Source: Candidatus Freyarchaeum deiterrae
GTDB lineage: Archaea; Asgardarchaeota; Jordiarchaeia; Jordiarchaeales; Jordiarchaeaceae
Length of the DNA: 64,000 bases
Assembly (NCBI GenBank): GCA_037305845.1
Contig: CP147778.1
Location: forward strand, 868,783 to 932,782
Direction: 5' to 3'
In this document: piece by piece, positions 1 to 9,035 of the stretch
How the letters are laid out: each line of letters opens with the position of its first letter
How positions within the stretch are numbered: position 1 is the stretch's first letter
The notes under the pieces: generated by a model
The model's input: the letters and a program-made list of their open reading frames with translations, nothing else
The model's database searches: none
Told to the model about the DNA's origin: nothing
Translations under genes and position numbers: made by a program

Positions 1-477
1 TCTACATTTCTCATATTGACCAGTGTAGTGATAGGTATTGGTTTCTATGGTACGTACAAAGCTGGTGGAGGGGCTATGGGTGTAGTGGGTCTTACCTTCA
101 GTATTATAGGAATCACATCGGGGGCTCTGCTAATCATTATGGGTAATCTAGCAACAGGCTACATGTATGTACAAATGCTCGTGGAAATGTCTTCTGCTCC
201 CTTTTTGCCTGTACCTACACCGAACTTTCCGCTCATCTGGATAGGTTTTCTTATACTATGTGTTACTTTCATCTTGCTTGGTTCGGCTAGTATACGCGTA
301 CGTGAAATGACTGATAAGCCGGGTGCTTCTTATGCTGCGGGGGTCCTGAGCATCATAGGTGCGGTGTTTTTCCTTATAGGTAGCCTTTGGTATATACTAC
401 TAATTATTGGCTTCGGACTGATACTTGTAGCTTTCATTCTCTGGGCCGTGATTTTCTACTCCTCCCGAAACCTGTAA
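1..477 (+). CDS. Polytopic membrane protein of unknown function (5' end may lie outside the window)
   Basis: The track ORF 16..477 starts at TTG and the frame stays open back to base 1. The translation is a series of hydrophobic helices (GVVGLTFSIIGITSGALLIIMG, LIWIGFLILCVTFILLG, LLIIGFGLILVAFILWAVIF). No family motif recognised. Confidence 0.5.
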   Translation, partial: STFLILTSVVIGIGFYGTYKAGGGAMGVVGLTFSIIGITSGALLIIMGNLATGYMYVQMLVEMSSAPFLPVPTPNFPLIWIGFLILCVTFILLGSASIRVREMTDKPGASYAAGVLSIIGAVFFLIGSLWYILLIIGFGLILVAFILWAVIFYSSRNL

Positions 478-774
478 TCCTTAGAAAAATACTAACAAAC
501 TATCACTCTTTTTTTGTTTATTTTCTAGGTTTATTGAATTGGTTGTTCGCTCTAGGGTCTACTCCAAACTGGAGGGGTAGGTGTTCCAGATGTTAATGGT
601 TTTCAATTGTTCTACGATAGTAAATATTGTGCAAGTGAAGGTTAGAACTCCATCGTAGTGTAAGGGCATAATATTTTTGTAAAAAATGAAGATTAATATG
701 TTTGAAATAGGTAGAATTTTCTGGAGATTCTTGGTGCAATTTTAGATTCTAAAAGAGTTTATGGAGATTAAGGT

Positions 775-1671
775 ATGGTTAACGAAATAAAGACTGTAGC
801 GGTGATTGGAGCAGGAGTTATGGGAAAGCAGATTGCTTCTTGGACTGCACTATACGATTATAATTTACGCATTTATGATATTAACCCCGAGGCGATGGAG
901 GCGATGAGAGAATACATCGAGCGCTACTTCAAGCCGGAAGATGTTAAGGGAAAATCAGAATTACTTCGAAAAATCACCTATCACAATAATCTACCAGAAG
1001 CGGTGGAGAACGCGGACCTCATAATCGAGTCGGTGCCAGAGGATCTTAAGTTAAAGAAGAAGGTTTTCTCCCAGATTGACAAAGCAGCGCCGCCCCATGC
1101 GATTATTGCCACTAACAGCTCCTCGATTCCCGTCTCAAAAATTGAGGAAGCAGTCAAGCGTAAGGACAAGGCGTTAAATATTCACTTCTATCCGCCAATC
1201 AATCTGAGACCTATGGTTGATATCATGGGAGGACGTGAAACGAGTGACGAGACGCTTGAGAAGGGAAAAGCGTGGATTGAGAGCATCGGCTGTGTTCCAC
1301 TCGTTGTGTTGAAGGAATGCTTGGGCTTTGTCTTCAACCGAGTGTGGAGGGCAGTTAAGAAAGAATGCTTGAAAATCTGGGCTGAAGGAAACGCCGACTT
1401 TGAGGATGTTGACCGCGGTTGGAGAATATTCACTGGAATGAATATGGGGCCCTTCGCAATGATGGATGGGGTAGGTCTGGATGTGGTTTATGATGTCGAG
1501 AAGTCTTACTATAAGGAGAGTGGTAATCCCGATGATAAACCGCCGCAAGCGTTGAAGGATAAGATTGACCGAGGTGAGCTTGGGTTAAAGGCTGGGAAGG
1601 GTTTTTATGACTGGACTGGTTCACTAGATTTTACGTCTCCAGACTTTATTAAGCCTAAAAAGGAAAAGTAA
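775..1671 (+). CDS. 3-hydroxyacyl-CoA / 3-hydroxybutyryl-CoA dehydrogenase (NAD-binding)
   Basis: Rossmann fingerprint VAVIGAGVMGKQIA at the N-terminus, ATNSSS segment and a C-terminal dimerisation domain typical of the HBD family. GGAGA lies just upstream of the ATG. Confidence 0.85.
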   Translation: MVNEIKTVAVIGAGVMGKQIASWTALYDYNLRIYDINPEAMEAMREYIERYFKPEDVKGKSELLRKITYHNNLPEAVENADLIIESVPEDLKLKKKVFSQIDKAAPPHAIIATNSSSIPVSKIEEAVKRKDKALNIHFYPPINLRPMVDIMGGRETSDETLEKGKAWIESIGCVPLVVLKECLGFVFNRVWRAVKKECLKIWAEGNADFEDVDRGWRIFTGMNMGPFAMMDGVGLDVVYDVEKSYYKESGNPDDKPPQALKDKIDRGELGLKAGKGFYDWTGSLDFTSPDFIKPKKEK

Positions 1672-1692
1672 TTTTACATTTTTAAAGGTTAA

Positions 1693-1717
1693 AGGAGAAA
1701 TTCTTCTCTCCTTTTTT
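1693..1717 (+). terminator. Hairpin plus T-tract downstream of the first dehydrogenase gene
   Basis: AGGAGA (1693-1698) pairs with TCTCCT (1707-1712) across an 8-nt loop and runs into TTTTTT. Archaeal termination normally needs only the T-tract. Confidence 0.4.
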
Positions 1718-1814
1718 CCGGCATGTGCATGATGGTCAAGTAGGGGAATCATAAAACTTTTGGGTTAAATAGTGGTTTTCTTTTTCGATGAGGTGTTTAG
1801 TGAGGAGATAAATT

Positions 1815-2756
1815 ATGGACGCGGAAGATGTTAAGAGGGTTGTGGTTGTTGGAGCAGGTACTATGGGTCATTCCATCGCTCAGGTTTTTGCCCAGGCCGG
1901 CATTGAGGTGGGTCTTGTAGATGTGGATGAAAAATGCCTGGAGCATGCTATGAGATTGGTAAAGTCCAATTTGGATACGTTAGCGGAGTTTAAGCGTGTG
2001 CCTATGGGTAAGATTCCGGCGATTCTCAAACGTATTCACCCATCTACAGATCTTGCCGCCGCGGCTCAAGATGTTAACTTTGTTATTGAGGCAGTTTCTG
2101 AAGTTGCTGATATTAAGAAGAATATTTTTTCGCAGTTGAATGAAATCTGTTCTGAAGATGTGGTTTTAGCTAGCAATACCTCTGGGCTAAACATTTTTAG
2201 CGTTGTGGAGGTCAAAAAGCCTGAACGGTTGATTATTTCCCACTGGTTCGCTCCGCCGCACATAATTCCTTTAGTTGAGGTGGTTCCGGGACCTATGACT
2301 TCTCCGGAAGTCGTTGCCTTTACTGCGAAGTTGATGGAAAGACTTGGCAAAAAGCCTGTGGTAATGAAAGAGTTTGTACGTTCCTTTATCGTCAACAGGA
2401 TTCAAAACCAAATTTCTCTAGCGGTTTTGGAGATGCTGGATAAAGGTTGGGCAACTCCGGAGGAAATCGATTTAGCTGTGAAATCCAGTTTAGGCATTCG
2501 ACTTCCTATTGTGGGAGTGGTCCAGACTTATGATTTCACGGGACTCGATTGTGTGCTCGATATAATGAAGAGTTATGGGAGAATTCACCCTCTCTTCGAG
2601 GAGAAGGTAAAGAAAGGATACCTCGGAGCGAAAACTTCTAAGGGCATTTATGATTACGGCGGGCGGAGTGAGGAGGAAATTCTCAGGAAGAGAGATAGAT
2701 TGTACCTCAAAATGCTTGACTGTCTGGAGAGTATAAATGCTTTTGAACCTGTGTGA
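1815..2756 (+). CDS. 3-hydroxyacyl-CoA dehydrogenase paralog
   Basis: VVVVGAGTMGHSIAQVFAQAG Rossmann motif, NTSGL segment and the same two-domain layout as the upstream gene. GAGGAG lies upstream of the ATG. Confidence 0.85.
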   Translation: MDAEDVKRVVVVGAGTMGHSIAQVFAQAGIEVGLVDVDEKCLEHAMRLVKSNLDTLAEFKRVPMGKIPAILKRIHPSTDLAAAAQDVNFVIEAVSEVADIKKNIFSQLNEICSEDVVLASNTSGLNIFSVVEVKKPERLIISHWFAPPHIIPLVEVVPGPMTSPEVVAFTAKLMERLGKKPVVMKEFVRSFIVNRIQNQISLAVLEMLDKGWATPEEIDLAVKSSLGIRLPIVGVVQTYDFTGLDCVLDIMKSYGRIHPLFEEKVKKGYLGAKTSKGIYDYGGRSEEEILRKRDRLYLKMLDCLESINAFEPV

Positions 2757-2859
2757 CGCCGTGTTTGATTAGCTCAGTGCTGGAGGTTTAAAGTTCAATA
2801 AACGTTAAAACTCAGGGATGCGCTTTTACATTATTGTTAATTAATTGTGAGGAATTTTT

Positions 2860-4464
2860 ATGGCTGTAAAGTTCACTGATTCTGAAATTGATTCCGTTAC
2901 AGTTTTTCGCGACGGTGCTAGAGTAACTCGCACCGCCAGCGTGACTCTGGAGTCTGGAACCCATGTTTTGAGCTTTGAGGTTCTCACACCTTACATTGAC
3001 ACTAACTCTGTGAGGGTTAAAGGCCTGGGCAAGGGCGCCCTGTCCAACATTAATGTTTACCCCCTCTGGAGGGAACTCCTACCCGAGGGAGACCTAGTGT
3101 CACTTCTTGCTAGGAAGGAAGAGCTTGAGAGGCAGTTAAGGGAGATTCAGGAAGAGATACAGTTCTACGAGGGACGGGTTAAACAGTTCTCAACGCTTGT
3201 TGATAGTTTCGTAGCCACTTTTCCGCAGTTTTACTCAGCGGGGGAGAGTACCATAAACACCCTAACTGACCTCGACTCCCTCACTTCCGAGAAAATCTTA
3301 GAGCTGAAGAAAATTATTAGGGAGAAGTCCATGAAGCTGAAGGATGTAAGTGACGAGCTGCAAGTGGTGACGAACAACATTCAGAAGTACAGCAAGAGCA
3401 AAACAGAGCAGGTATATGTTGTAGACGTAACCATAGATGCAGCCCAACGCTCAGAATTCAAAGTTGAAATGGCGTACCAGACTGGTGGCGCGGCGTGGAC
3501 TCCGGTTTACGATGTGAACATTGAGAATGGAAACGCTGTAATTAGAACCAACGGTGCAGTGGGAAATAGAACTCGAGAAGACTGGAGTAATGTGCAGCTA
3601 ACGGTTTCCACAGCCACATCGAAACCCGCTGTAGTTATTGAACCCCAACCATACTACATAGATGTCTACAGACCCCCCCAGCCAGTATTGAGTAAGTCAG
3701 CTCGCGGAGCAGGGGGGATGCCTGCATCGGCACCGAAACGTGATGATGGGATAATGGCTAAAGAGAAAGATAGAGGGGAACCAATGGAACGCGAGGAAGT
3801 GATGCCGGAAGCTCAACTCGCTGAAACCTTCGCTACACCAGAAGTAGCACTATCGGGAATCCAGATATACAATGTTCCGGGGCGTGTCTCAATACCCGCT
3901 GATAATGCGAGTCACCCCATAGTTTTAACGGAGAACACATTCCCCTCTGAGAGGTTCTACTACTGGTACAGCGAGGCGGGAAGCGAGGTTATAGCTCAGG
4001 ATGAAATCACAAACGGTGAAGGAGTCCTCCTTTCTGGAAGGATGAAGGTTTTCGCTTCCGGAGACTACATGGGAGAGAGTTCGATAGGTTTGATATCTCC
4101 CGGTGAGAAGTTCAAGCTGGGTGCGAGGTTCACTTACGATGTTAAGGTTGAAAAGAAGTTGGTCGCAAGGGAGGCTGAAAAGGGAGGAATAACCAAGGGC
4201 AAGCTTAGAAACGAGTACAAGTACCGGTTAAAGTTAAACAACTACTCCAGTGACAAATCCAAAATAGAGCTAGTTGATAGAATTCCCCACAGCTTGTCCC
4301 CCGAAATAGAAGCTAAGATAACTTCTATAAAGCCTCAGCCAGACAAGCAGGAACTAGGAATCCTAAGATGGAAACTAGAACTCAACCCCGGAGAGGAGAC
4401 CGAAGTAAGTTACGAGTACAATGTGGAGTGGAACAGAAACTACACGGTAACCGGACTGCCCTAA
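2860..4464 (+). CDS. DUF4140/DUF4139 (MuiA-like) family protein with a central coiled coil
   Basis: The N-terminus (VTVFRDGARVTRTASVTLESGTHVLSFEVLTPYIDTNSVRVKG) and the beta-rich C-terminal half resemble this conserved hypothetical family as I recall it. No catalytic motif seen. Confidence 0.55.
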   Translation: MAVKFTDSEIDSVTVFRDGARVTRTASVTLESGTHVLSFEVLTPYIDTNSVRVKGLGKGALSNINVYPLWRELLPEGDLVSLLARKEELERQLREIQEEIQFYEGRVKQFSTLVDSFVATFPQFYSAGESTINTLTDLDSLTSEKILELKKIIREKSMKLKDVSDELQVVTNNIQKYSKSKTEQVYVVDVTIDAAQRSEFKVEMAYQTGGAAWTPVYDVNIENGNAVIRTNGAVGNRTREDWSNVQLTVSTATSKPAVVIEPQPYYIDVYRPPQPVLSKSARGAGGMPASAPKRDDGIMAKEKDRGEPMEREEVMPEAQLAETFATPEVALSGIQIYNVPGRVSIPADNASHPIVLTENTFPSERFYYWYSEAGSEVIAQDEITNGEGVLLSGRMKVFASGDYMGESSIGLISPGEKFKLGARFTYDVKVEKKLVAREAEKGGITKGKLRNEYKYRLKLNNYSSDKSKIELVDRIPHSLSPEIEAKITSIKPQPDKQELGILRWKLELNPGEETEVSYEYNVEWNRNYTVTGLP

Positions 4465-4645
4465 CATCATAATTCAAATACCAGCCACTCATTTTTTTCA
4501 TATTCTTTTTCATTTGTTTGCTTGAGCGTTTTTGAGACCAAGAAGCTAAATAAACCTATTTCGTTTTTATGGTTTAGAGAAGCGTTTAATTTAGGATAAA
4601 GCATTCTAAAATCAAGTTGTTACTCGGCTAAATGAGGAGATAAAG

Positions 4646-6382
4646 GTGGCCACAACGCTAACGGGAAGTCCAAAGTCGATCTTGCCGAAGGGTTATATTA
4701 GACATAAAGAGGTAAGAAGAACAAACATTATGATTGCAAGGGCGATTTCCGATGTTGTAAAAACAATGTTGGGACCTAAGGGAATGGATAAAATGCTAGT
4801 GACCGAAACAGGAGATGTGGTTGTCACAAATGATGGTAAGACGCTATTGGATAATATACGTGTTACTCATCCTATTGCCAAGATTCTTATAGGTGTTGCA
4901 AAGACGCAGGATGCTATTGCAGGTGACGGCACGAAGACCGTTGTAATGCTCGCAGCGGAACTGCTGAAGGAAGCGGGGAAGTTGTTAGATCAAAAGATTC
5001 ATCCCACAGTTATAGTTAGGGGGTACGATAAAGCTACCAAGAAGACCTTAGAGATTTTGGATAGTATCGCAATGCCTGTATCCATCGAGGAGGAGGAGAC
5101 CTTGAAAAGAGTCGCACGAACCGTTATGGGAGGCAGAATCGGTGCAGGATTAAAAAATCATCTTGCGGGTCTTGTTGTTATCGCAGTTAAGCGTGTTGCC
5201 GAGGAGAGGAGGGGCAAAGTAATCGTAGATGTGGATCAGGTTGGTTTCGCAAAAAAGGCTGGGGGAAGTATAAACGATTCTGAATTAGTTGAAGGAGTGG
5301 TCATCTCCAAAGGGAAACCTCATCCAAAGATGCCCGAGAGGATTGAAGACGCAAAAATTGCTTTATTGGAGTGCTCACTTGATCCTCTCACACGAAAGAA
5401 CACGGATTGGAGAAAGGAGTATGTAATTAAGAAACCAGAGCAGCTGAAAGGTTTCATTGATAAGGAGAAAGAACTTAACATGGGAATTGCGGAGCACGTT
5501 AAACGTGCGGGTGCGAGAGTTTTGTTCTGCCGTAAGCGCGTTAGCGAATCGATTCTTAATTGCTTTGCTGAAGAAGGGGTGTTAGCGTTCGATTTGGTGA
5601 GAGAGAATGATATGACGAGACTGGGGAGAGCAACGGGAGGTAAAATTGTGTCCAGTGTGGATGATTTAACAGAGAACGACTTGGGCGAAGCGGGGTTAGT
5701 GGAGTTCCGTAAAATCGCGGGAGATGAGATGCTGTTTATAGATTGCTGCAAAGATTCAAAGGCAACTACGATGTTGATCAGAGGTGGAACTGAACAGGTT
5801 ATAGAGGAAGTGGAGAGAGTTATTAAAGACAGCTTTAAAGCAGTGGCTGTTACAGTCGAGAGCGGTAAAGTCATCGCGGGCGGCGGAGCCATAGAAATGG
5901 AAGTTTCTGGAAAGTTAAGAGATTTTTCGAAAACATTTAAGGGCATAGAACAACTGGCAATAGAAGCTTTTGCAGTTGCTATGGAAGTTATTCCAAAGAC
6001 TCTTGCAACTAACGCCGGATTAGACCCTATAGATGTTTTGATAAAGTTGAGGACCGGACATGCTAATGGCTGTACGCACCTTGGAATTAATGCCGTAGAA
6101 CATGAGGTTGAGAATGTAATGGAGAGAGGCTTGGTTGACGCGTTCAAGGTCAAACAGCATGCAATTAAAGCTGCAAGCGAGACCGCAGCGATTATTTTGA
6201 GGGTTGACGATTTTATCGCCGCCACTAATCAAAAGGAAATAAAAGAAGAGGAGAAGAGAAAAGAAAGCGAACGAAAACGGATCATGGGTGAACAGGTTAG
6301 AAGGGTTCTAGAGAAAGAAGAAGAGTTGAAAGAGATCGACAGGCGTTTTATGGAAAAGATAAAGCATCCAGAAACCGTCTAA
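4646..6382 (+). CDS. ths: Group II chaperonin (thermosome/CCT-like subunit), divergent
   Basis: GPKGMDKML, VTNDGKTLL, GDGTKT (canonical GDGTT[TS]) and AGGGAIEME chaperonin motifs. GTG start preceded by GGAGA. Carries an unusual ~55-aa Lys/Glu-rich C-terminal tail. Confidence 0.9.
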   Translation: MATTLTGSPKSILPKGYIRHKEVRRTNIMIARAISDVVKTMLGPKGMDKMLVTETGDVVVTNDGKTLLDNIRVTHPIAKILIGVAKTQDAIAGDGTKTVVMLAAELLKEAGKLLDQKIHPTVIVRGYDKATKKTLEILDSIAMPVSIEEEETLKRVARTVMGGRIGAGLKNHLAGLVVIAVKRVAEERRGKVIVDVDQVGFAKKAGGSINDSELVEGVVISKGKPHPKMPERIEDAKIALLECSLDPLTRKNTDWRKEYVIKKPEQLKGFIDKEKELNMGIAEHVKRAGARVLFCRKRVSESILNCFAEEGVLAFDLVRENDMTRLGRATGGKIVSSVDDLTENDLGEAGLVEFRKIAGDEMLFIDCCKDSKATTMLIRGGTEQVIEEVERVIKDSFKAVAVTVESGKVIAGGGAIEMEVSGKLRDFSKTFKGIEQLAIEAFAVAMEVIPKTLATNAGLDPIDVLIKLRTGHANGCTHLGINAVEHEVENVMERGLVDAFKVKQHAIKAASETAAIILRVDDFIAATNQKEIKEEEKRKESERKRIMGEQVRRVLEKEEELKEIDRRFMEKIKHPETV

Positions 6383-6496
6383 AAAAGAGTATCCTAGTCT
6401 GCAAACCCTTATTTTTATAATGAAGACTTTTTCGTGTGCAAGTAGGAGGATTAATAAAAAAATGAGGGAGTTTGTTATTCTCTCTTATATTTATTC

Positions 6497-7153
6497 CTAT
6501 TTAATTTCGAGGATTTCTTTGACTTTTTCCAAGGCTATGGTTACGTCAGTGGCATAGCCGTCAGCCCCCACCTCGTTGCACCATTCCTCTCCCGGAAATG
6601 CTCCGCCGCCGACCAGGTATATGTACTTGTCTCTCAGCCCCCTCTTCTTGAGAGCGTCGCCGAGGAGCCTCTGCTGCTGAAGCGTGTTGCTCATCAGAGC
6701 GGATGCACCTATTATGTCGGCATTGACCTCTTCAGCCTTCTTTATGAAGTTTTCCACCGGCTGGTCGGAACCTAGGTTGTACACCTTAAATCCTGCCGCA
6801 GAGAAAACTGCTGCTACTATGCTCACGCCCAAGTCATGTATGTCGCCTTGAACAGTTCCAATAACTATCGTGGCTAAGGGTTTAGGCAATTTATCCTTCG
6901 GGATGTGTTCCTGAAGCTTTTCAGATGCCTTGCTCATAACCTGAGCAGCCAACATCAGCTCGGGGATGTAGGCCTCGCCCTTCGCAAACTTATCACCAAT
7001 TTCCTTGATACCTGTACTGAGACCTTTCGTGATGGCATCTATAGGATTAATCCCAGATTTAATTGCTTCATCCACAGTAGCCATAGCAGCATCCTCATCA
7101 TAACTTGCGACAGCCTTCGCCAATTTTTCCAAGATTTTTTCCTTATCCGCCAT
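6497..7153 (-). CDS. Cobalamin-binding corrinoid protein (MttC/MtbC-like)
   Basis: B12-binding signature GDIHDLG (DxHxxG), SALMSNTL (SxL) and LVGGGAF (GG). Starts 3 nt downstream of the MttB-family gene. Confidence 0.9.
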   Translation of the reverse strand: MADKEKILEKLAKAVASYDEDAAMATVDEAIKSGINPIDAITKGLSTGIKEIGDKFAKGEAYIPELMLAAQVMSKASEKLQEHIPKDKLPKPLATIVIGTVQGDIHDLGVSIVAAVFSAAGFKVYNLGSDQPVENFIKKAEEVNADIIGASALMSNTLQQQRLLGDALKKRGLRDKYIYLVGGGAFPGEEWCNEVGADGYATDVTIALEKVKEILEIK

Positions 7154-7156
7154 TCC

Positions 7157-8656
7157 TTATCCCACCTTGAGCTCCTCATTTCCTTCTTTCACGATAGCGT
7201 CCATCCGTTCAACTACATCATCCGGCAATGGTTTCGGTTCGTGTTTCTCCAGTTCCTTCAGCTTCTCTCTGCAACGAATGTAGACCCACGAAGGTGCTCC
7301 AGCTTTGAGCCAATCATCAAAAGCGTTGTTTTCAAGGCAGAAAGCCTGGGGGAATATGTGTAGACGCTTGAGGTTATACTTGTGTGTCATCCATTTCTCT
7401 CCCTTGGGCCCAATCTCTTTAATCACGTCAAGGGCAAGGTTTTCAGGTGTAGGGCTAATCTGGTCGAAAGTGGACATCAGATTTTTACTCTCCCTTGCTA
7501 TCTCAGCAGCGATAGGTATCAATACAGGATCAAAAGCTTCTGTTCCACATTGAATAAATATCATATCTGTTCCCAACGCCATCTCCAAAGCCATCCAATT
7601 CGAAAGATTAAACGCTTGCTGGTCAAGACTTGAAGCGAAAACGCCGCCATACTGTGCTGTAGGTAGTCCATAAAGTTCATGCCATAGTTGATTCATAGCG
7701 CCTGAACCTAACAGAAAATGTGGAGATAACGGGCTTCCTCTTCCTGTCTTTGGATCCAAGTTGAAAACGGCGTTATTTGCTACCGCTGCTGTGCTTGGAT
7801 CGTAGAACTGTTGGAGCGCTATCATGAAGAGTACTCCTGCGTGGCTAATCGCGGTGTTTCCGGCAGCCATCGCGGGACCTAGTAATGGTGCTGCGTCGGT
7901 CACAGCAGGCATTATTGGGAAGTGATGCTTGATTGCTGCCCGGAGCAGCCAGCTATTGAACCTGTTTAACTGCAGTGTTCCAGCGTAGTTATAAACGGTC
8001 CAGAAGAGGGGTCTCTTCCTTAACTCCTCTTCGCCTCCGGCTACTTCTGCACCTAATCTTTCTACGTAATCGTATTCTTCAATGTGTGAAACGGTTGTGC
8101 AGAGGTGTCCAGCCCACTTCGTAGTACCCTGAAGCATGGCGTTCATCTTGTTGAGTTCTGAGGGTAGTCCTCGCTGCCCCTCTTCTGCAGCATCGTAGAG
8201 GTAGATATTAAGATCGAAGTCATCTATGCCGTCTACGATTTTGGCTCCATACAATGTGTCTTTCGAACTTGCTCTCCTTCTAAAATAAGTCTTCTTCCCT
8301 TCATCCCACTCAATGCGATCTGTCGCTCCGCTTTCCGGTGCCCAGAACTGTTTTCTTCCGGGTCCCTCAATAACAACATCCCACTCGGGATCTCTGCCAG
8401 CTAATATGAAGCTTCTAGGCGCCTTGTGCACATTCTCTTTAATTACATATTCAGGAATCTCTTTGATTATCTTCTTCTCATAGTCAACACTGCCTCCCAT
8501 TTTCTCCGCCATCTTTAGCAGCTCCTCGTCATCTATGAAAACACCAGCATCGTTCAGAATCTTGTAAGCAGCAGCATCAATGATATCCAACTCTTCCTTA
8601 TTCAACAACTTCCATAATCTACGTGATGATGGTAAAGTAACGCCAGGTTTAGGCAT
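7157..8656 (-). CDS. MttB-superfamily methyltransferase, pyrrolysine-free (quaternary-amine:corrinoid methyltransferase-like)
   Basis: Full-length 499-aa uninterrupted ORF. The N-terminus (LNKEELDIIDAAAYKILNDAGVFIDDEELLKMAEKMGG) is typical of the MttB superfamily. Directly followed by a corrinoid protein gene. Confidence 0.85.
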   Translation of the reverse strand: MPKPGVTLPSSRRLWKLLNKEELDIIDAAAYKILNDAGVFIDDEELLKMAEKMGGSVDYEKKIIKEIPEYVIKENVHKAPRSFILAGRDPEWDVVIEGPGRKQFWAPESGATDRIEWDEGKKTYFRRRASSKDTLYGAKIVDGIDDFDLNIYLYDAAEEGQRGLPSELNKMNAMLQGTTKWAGHLCTTVSHIEEYDYVERLGAEVAGGEEELRKRPLFWTVYNYAGTLQLNRFNSWLLRAAIKHHFPIMPAVTDAAPLLGPAMAAGNTAISHAGVLFMIALQQFYDPSTAAVANNAVFNLDPKTGRGSPLSPHFLLGSGAMNQLWHELYGLPTAQYGGVFASSLDQQAFNLSNWMALEMALGTDMIFIQCGTEAFDPVLIPIAAEIARESKNLMSTFDQISPTPENLALDVIKEIGPKGEKWMTHKYNLKRLHIFPQAFCLENNAFDDWLKAGAPSWVYIRCREKLKELEKHEPKPLPDDVVERMDAIVKEGNEELKVG

Positions 8657-9035
8657 TTTCCATTTTCCTCCATATATTTAAACAAGTGTACGTTATAGCG
8701 TTCTTATATAAGCGACTTTTAATCTTTTTAATAAATAAATTTTATGCTAATTGGTTGTAGATTTACGCTTGGATAGTATCTGAAGGAGTAATCGAATGTA
8801 AATTCAGAAATCATTGATGAGTGGTTTGTGGATAAAGCTGGCGTAATCCTTGCTCATTAAAAGATATTTTCTTAAATCTGGATTTTTAACCCGAATTGAG
8901 TGAGTACATGACACAATAATCGCATGAAAAGAAAAACAAAATTTAATAGCTAAATACATTAATGGGAATTAATAAATAAAAAAAGTTTTTTAAAAACAGT
9001 TAATGAATATGAAAGCTTTAAGATGAGTGGTTTAG

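Noticed and set aside
387-596. 69-aa ORF overlapping the 3' end of the first membrane-protein gene
   Set aside because: It has a non-ATG start in an alternative frame of a better-supported ORF, and it extends into a spacer with no motif.
5320-6225. 301-aa ORF antisense to the chaperonin gene
   Set aside because: It lies wholly inside a gene with unmistakable thermosome motifs. Its translation is low-complexity Ser/Ala/Leu-rich, typical of antisense frames.
7157-8656. In-frame amber (pyrrolysine) codon in the MttB homolog
   Set aside because: The ORF is continuous for 499 codons with no internal TAG, so it is a non-Pyl family member.
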